Positions 62,930-64,000 of a stretch of DNA of 64,000 nt are shown here, piece by piece. Position numbers and translations under genes: made by a program. Below the pieces are notes generated by a model that saw nothing but the letters and a program-made list of their open reading frames with translations, ran no database searches and was not told where the DNA came from. The stretch spans positions 2,686,587 to 2,750,586 of the forward strand of contig CAJINV010000010.1 of NCBI GenBank assembly GCA_905178155.1, written 5' to 3'. The first letter of the stretch is position 1, and each line of letters starts with the position of its first letter. Source of the DNA: Amoebophrya sp. A120 (Eukaryota; Protista; Dinoflagellata).

Positions 62930-63323
62930 CAATTTTTGCTTTCGCCTTGGGTTGTTGTTCTTCTGACGAGAACTACAAGGACGGCGTCGTCCCGTCTGAG
63001 TGCGCTCGCGCGCGCTGCGCAATGGTTAAAATTGCTTCTTTCTCGTCCTCCCATGCCGGTCGGACGCGGACGAGTGTTGATATTTATCCTTTCGGCACGA
63101 CGTGGACGGGTTGGTCACAAGTACTTGTTGTGCATACAGCCCAGCAGCCCGGACTCTGTGTCGGCCCGTCGTGGAACAAGGATCAAGTACGCGGCAGCTC
63201 CACGACACTTTCTTACTTATACACGACGTAGTAGTAAAAATACACTATCCAAACCAGGGCGCCACCGCTCCGCCGGAGTCACTTCTGCTATTCCCCAACC
63301 TTCGCGACGTTTCGCTTCCAGAC

Positions 63324-64000
63324 ATGCGGCTGCCCAACGGTTCCTTTCTCGCGAGGCTGCTCAAGCTCGTGGCGCTATGCATTGCAAAAATGTCTGGGTC
63401 TGGAAGGTTGGAACTTGTCATGCTAAATCTGAATCGCGCAAAAATCTGTGTTGCATGATTACCAAATGCTGCCCACTTTTGATCTAGTTGAGAGGCAGTT
63501 TCTCATGCAGGATAGGCATGATAGTGATCTCACAGAATCTGCCATGCTAGGTCCTCCATTACAGATCATATGGGTCATGGAAAACCTGCATGACAAGTCG
63601 AGCAAAGTTTCAGACCCAGACACTTTTGCATTTGATAGGCCCGCAACGAGGGCAATTCGCCGTTGCTGAACTTGACGCTGGACGGAAACCAGTTGGATTT
63701 CGAAAACATCCGGTTCACGCTGGAATCAAACAAGGAGAACCTTTTGCACAAGCACAGCAGCGGCGGAAAGATGATAAAAAAAGCTGCCAGTGGGATTGGG
63801 AACAGCTACAAGATGAACGGTAGTGCAATAGCCGACCACGAGGCAGAAATGTTTATACAGCCGTCCGGCAACAAGCACGCGCTTTCCGATTACCCGCCCG
63901 ACAAGCAGACGTCGCGGATATACGAAGATTCACAGAAGATTTTGAAGGACCACGAGAAAGACATTGCGGAAATTAGCGGGAGGTCCATGCGGAGTTGGCA
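63324..64000 (+). CDS. Hypothetical protein, runs off the window (start uncertain)
   Basis: RLLKLVA-RNEGNSPLLNLTLDGNQLDF... stays open to the window end after introner removal. Confidence 0.55.
63376..63637. mobile_element. Introner family A
   Basis: Family A TIRs; TSD ggcgc/ggccc. Confidence 0.92.

Noticed and set aside
5858-63637. Recurrent peptide motifs in the ORF track (CKNVWVWK, FQTQT, LPDPDIF, SCAKVSYS, MSGSG) as a repeat-protein family
   Set aside because: They are translations of the family A and B TIRs in different frames, not proteins.
1-64000. Autonomous transposase for the introners
   Set aside because: No DDE, HUH or tyrosine-recombinase ORF recognised. The only mobile-element proteins are Copia gag and LINE RT, and nothing links them to the TIR elements.

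Overview
Eukaryotic, intron-rich DNA. By inference it comes from the parasitic dinoflagellate Amoebophrya (Syndiniales) or a relative. The dominant feature is about 64 small non-autonomous elements from about 12 families. Nearly all begin TAT and end ATA, with terminal inverted repeats (TIRs) and a 5-bp target-site duplication (TSD). They sit almost entirely inside coding exons. Removing element plus one 5-bp copy restores the reading frame without GT-AG ends, best shown by a complete SOUL heme-binding gene split six times. They therefore behave as non-canonical introner introns. All host genes are on the + strand (PH-like, SOUL, PDZ and low-complexity proteins). Also present: a Copia LTR/gag at the left edge; a 5'-truncated RTE-like LINE with a 14-bp TSD and an unusual ~170-aa zinc-finger insert inside its RT; two exactly symmetric foldback elements sharing one hairpin apex; a Helitron-like element and a 4.8-kb unclassified insertion nested in introners; and a tRNA-like Pol III gene whose anticodon loop is replaced by a 230-nt structured RNA. 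Coordinates were read by eye and may be off by a few bases. Gene boundaries other than SOUL are approximate.
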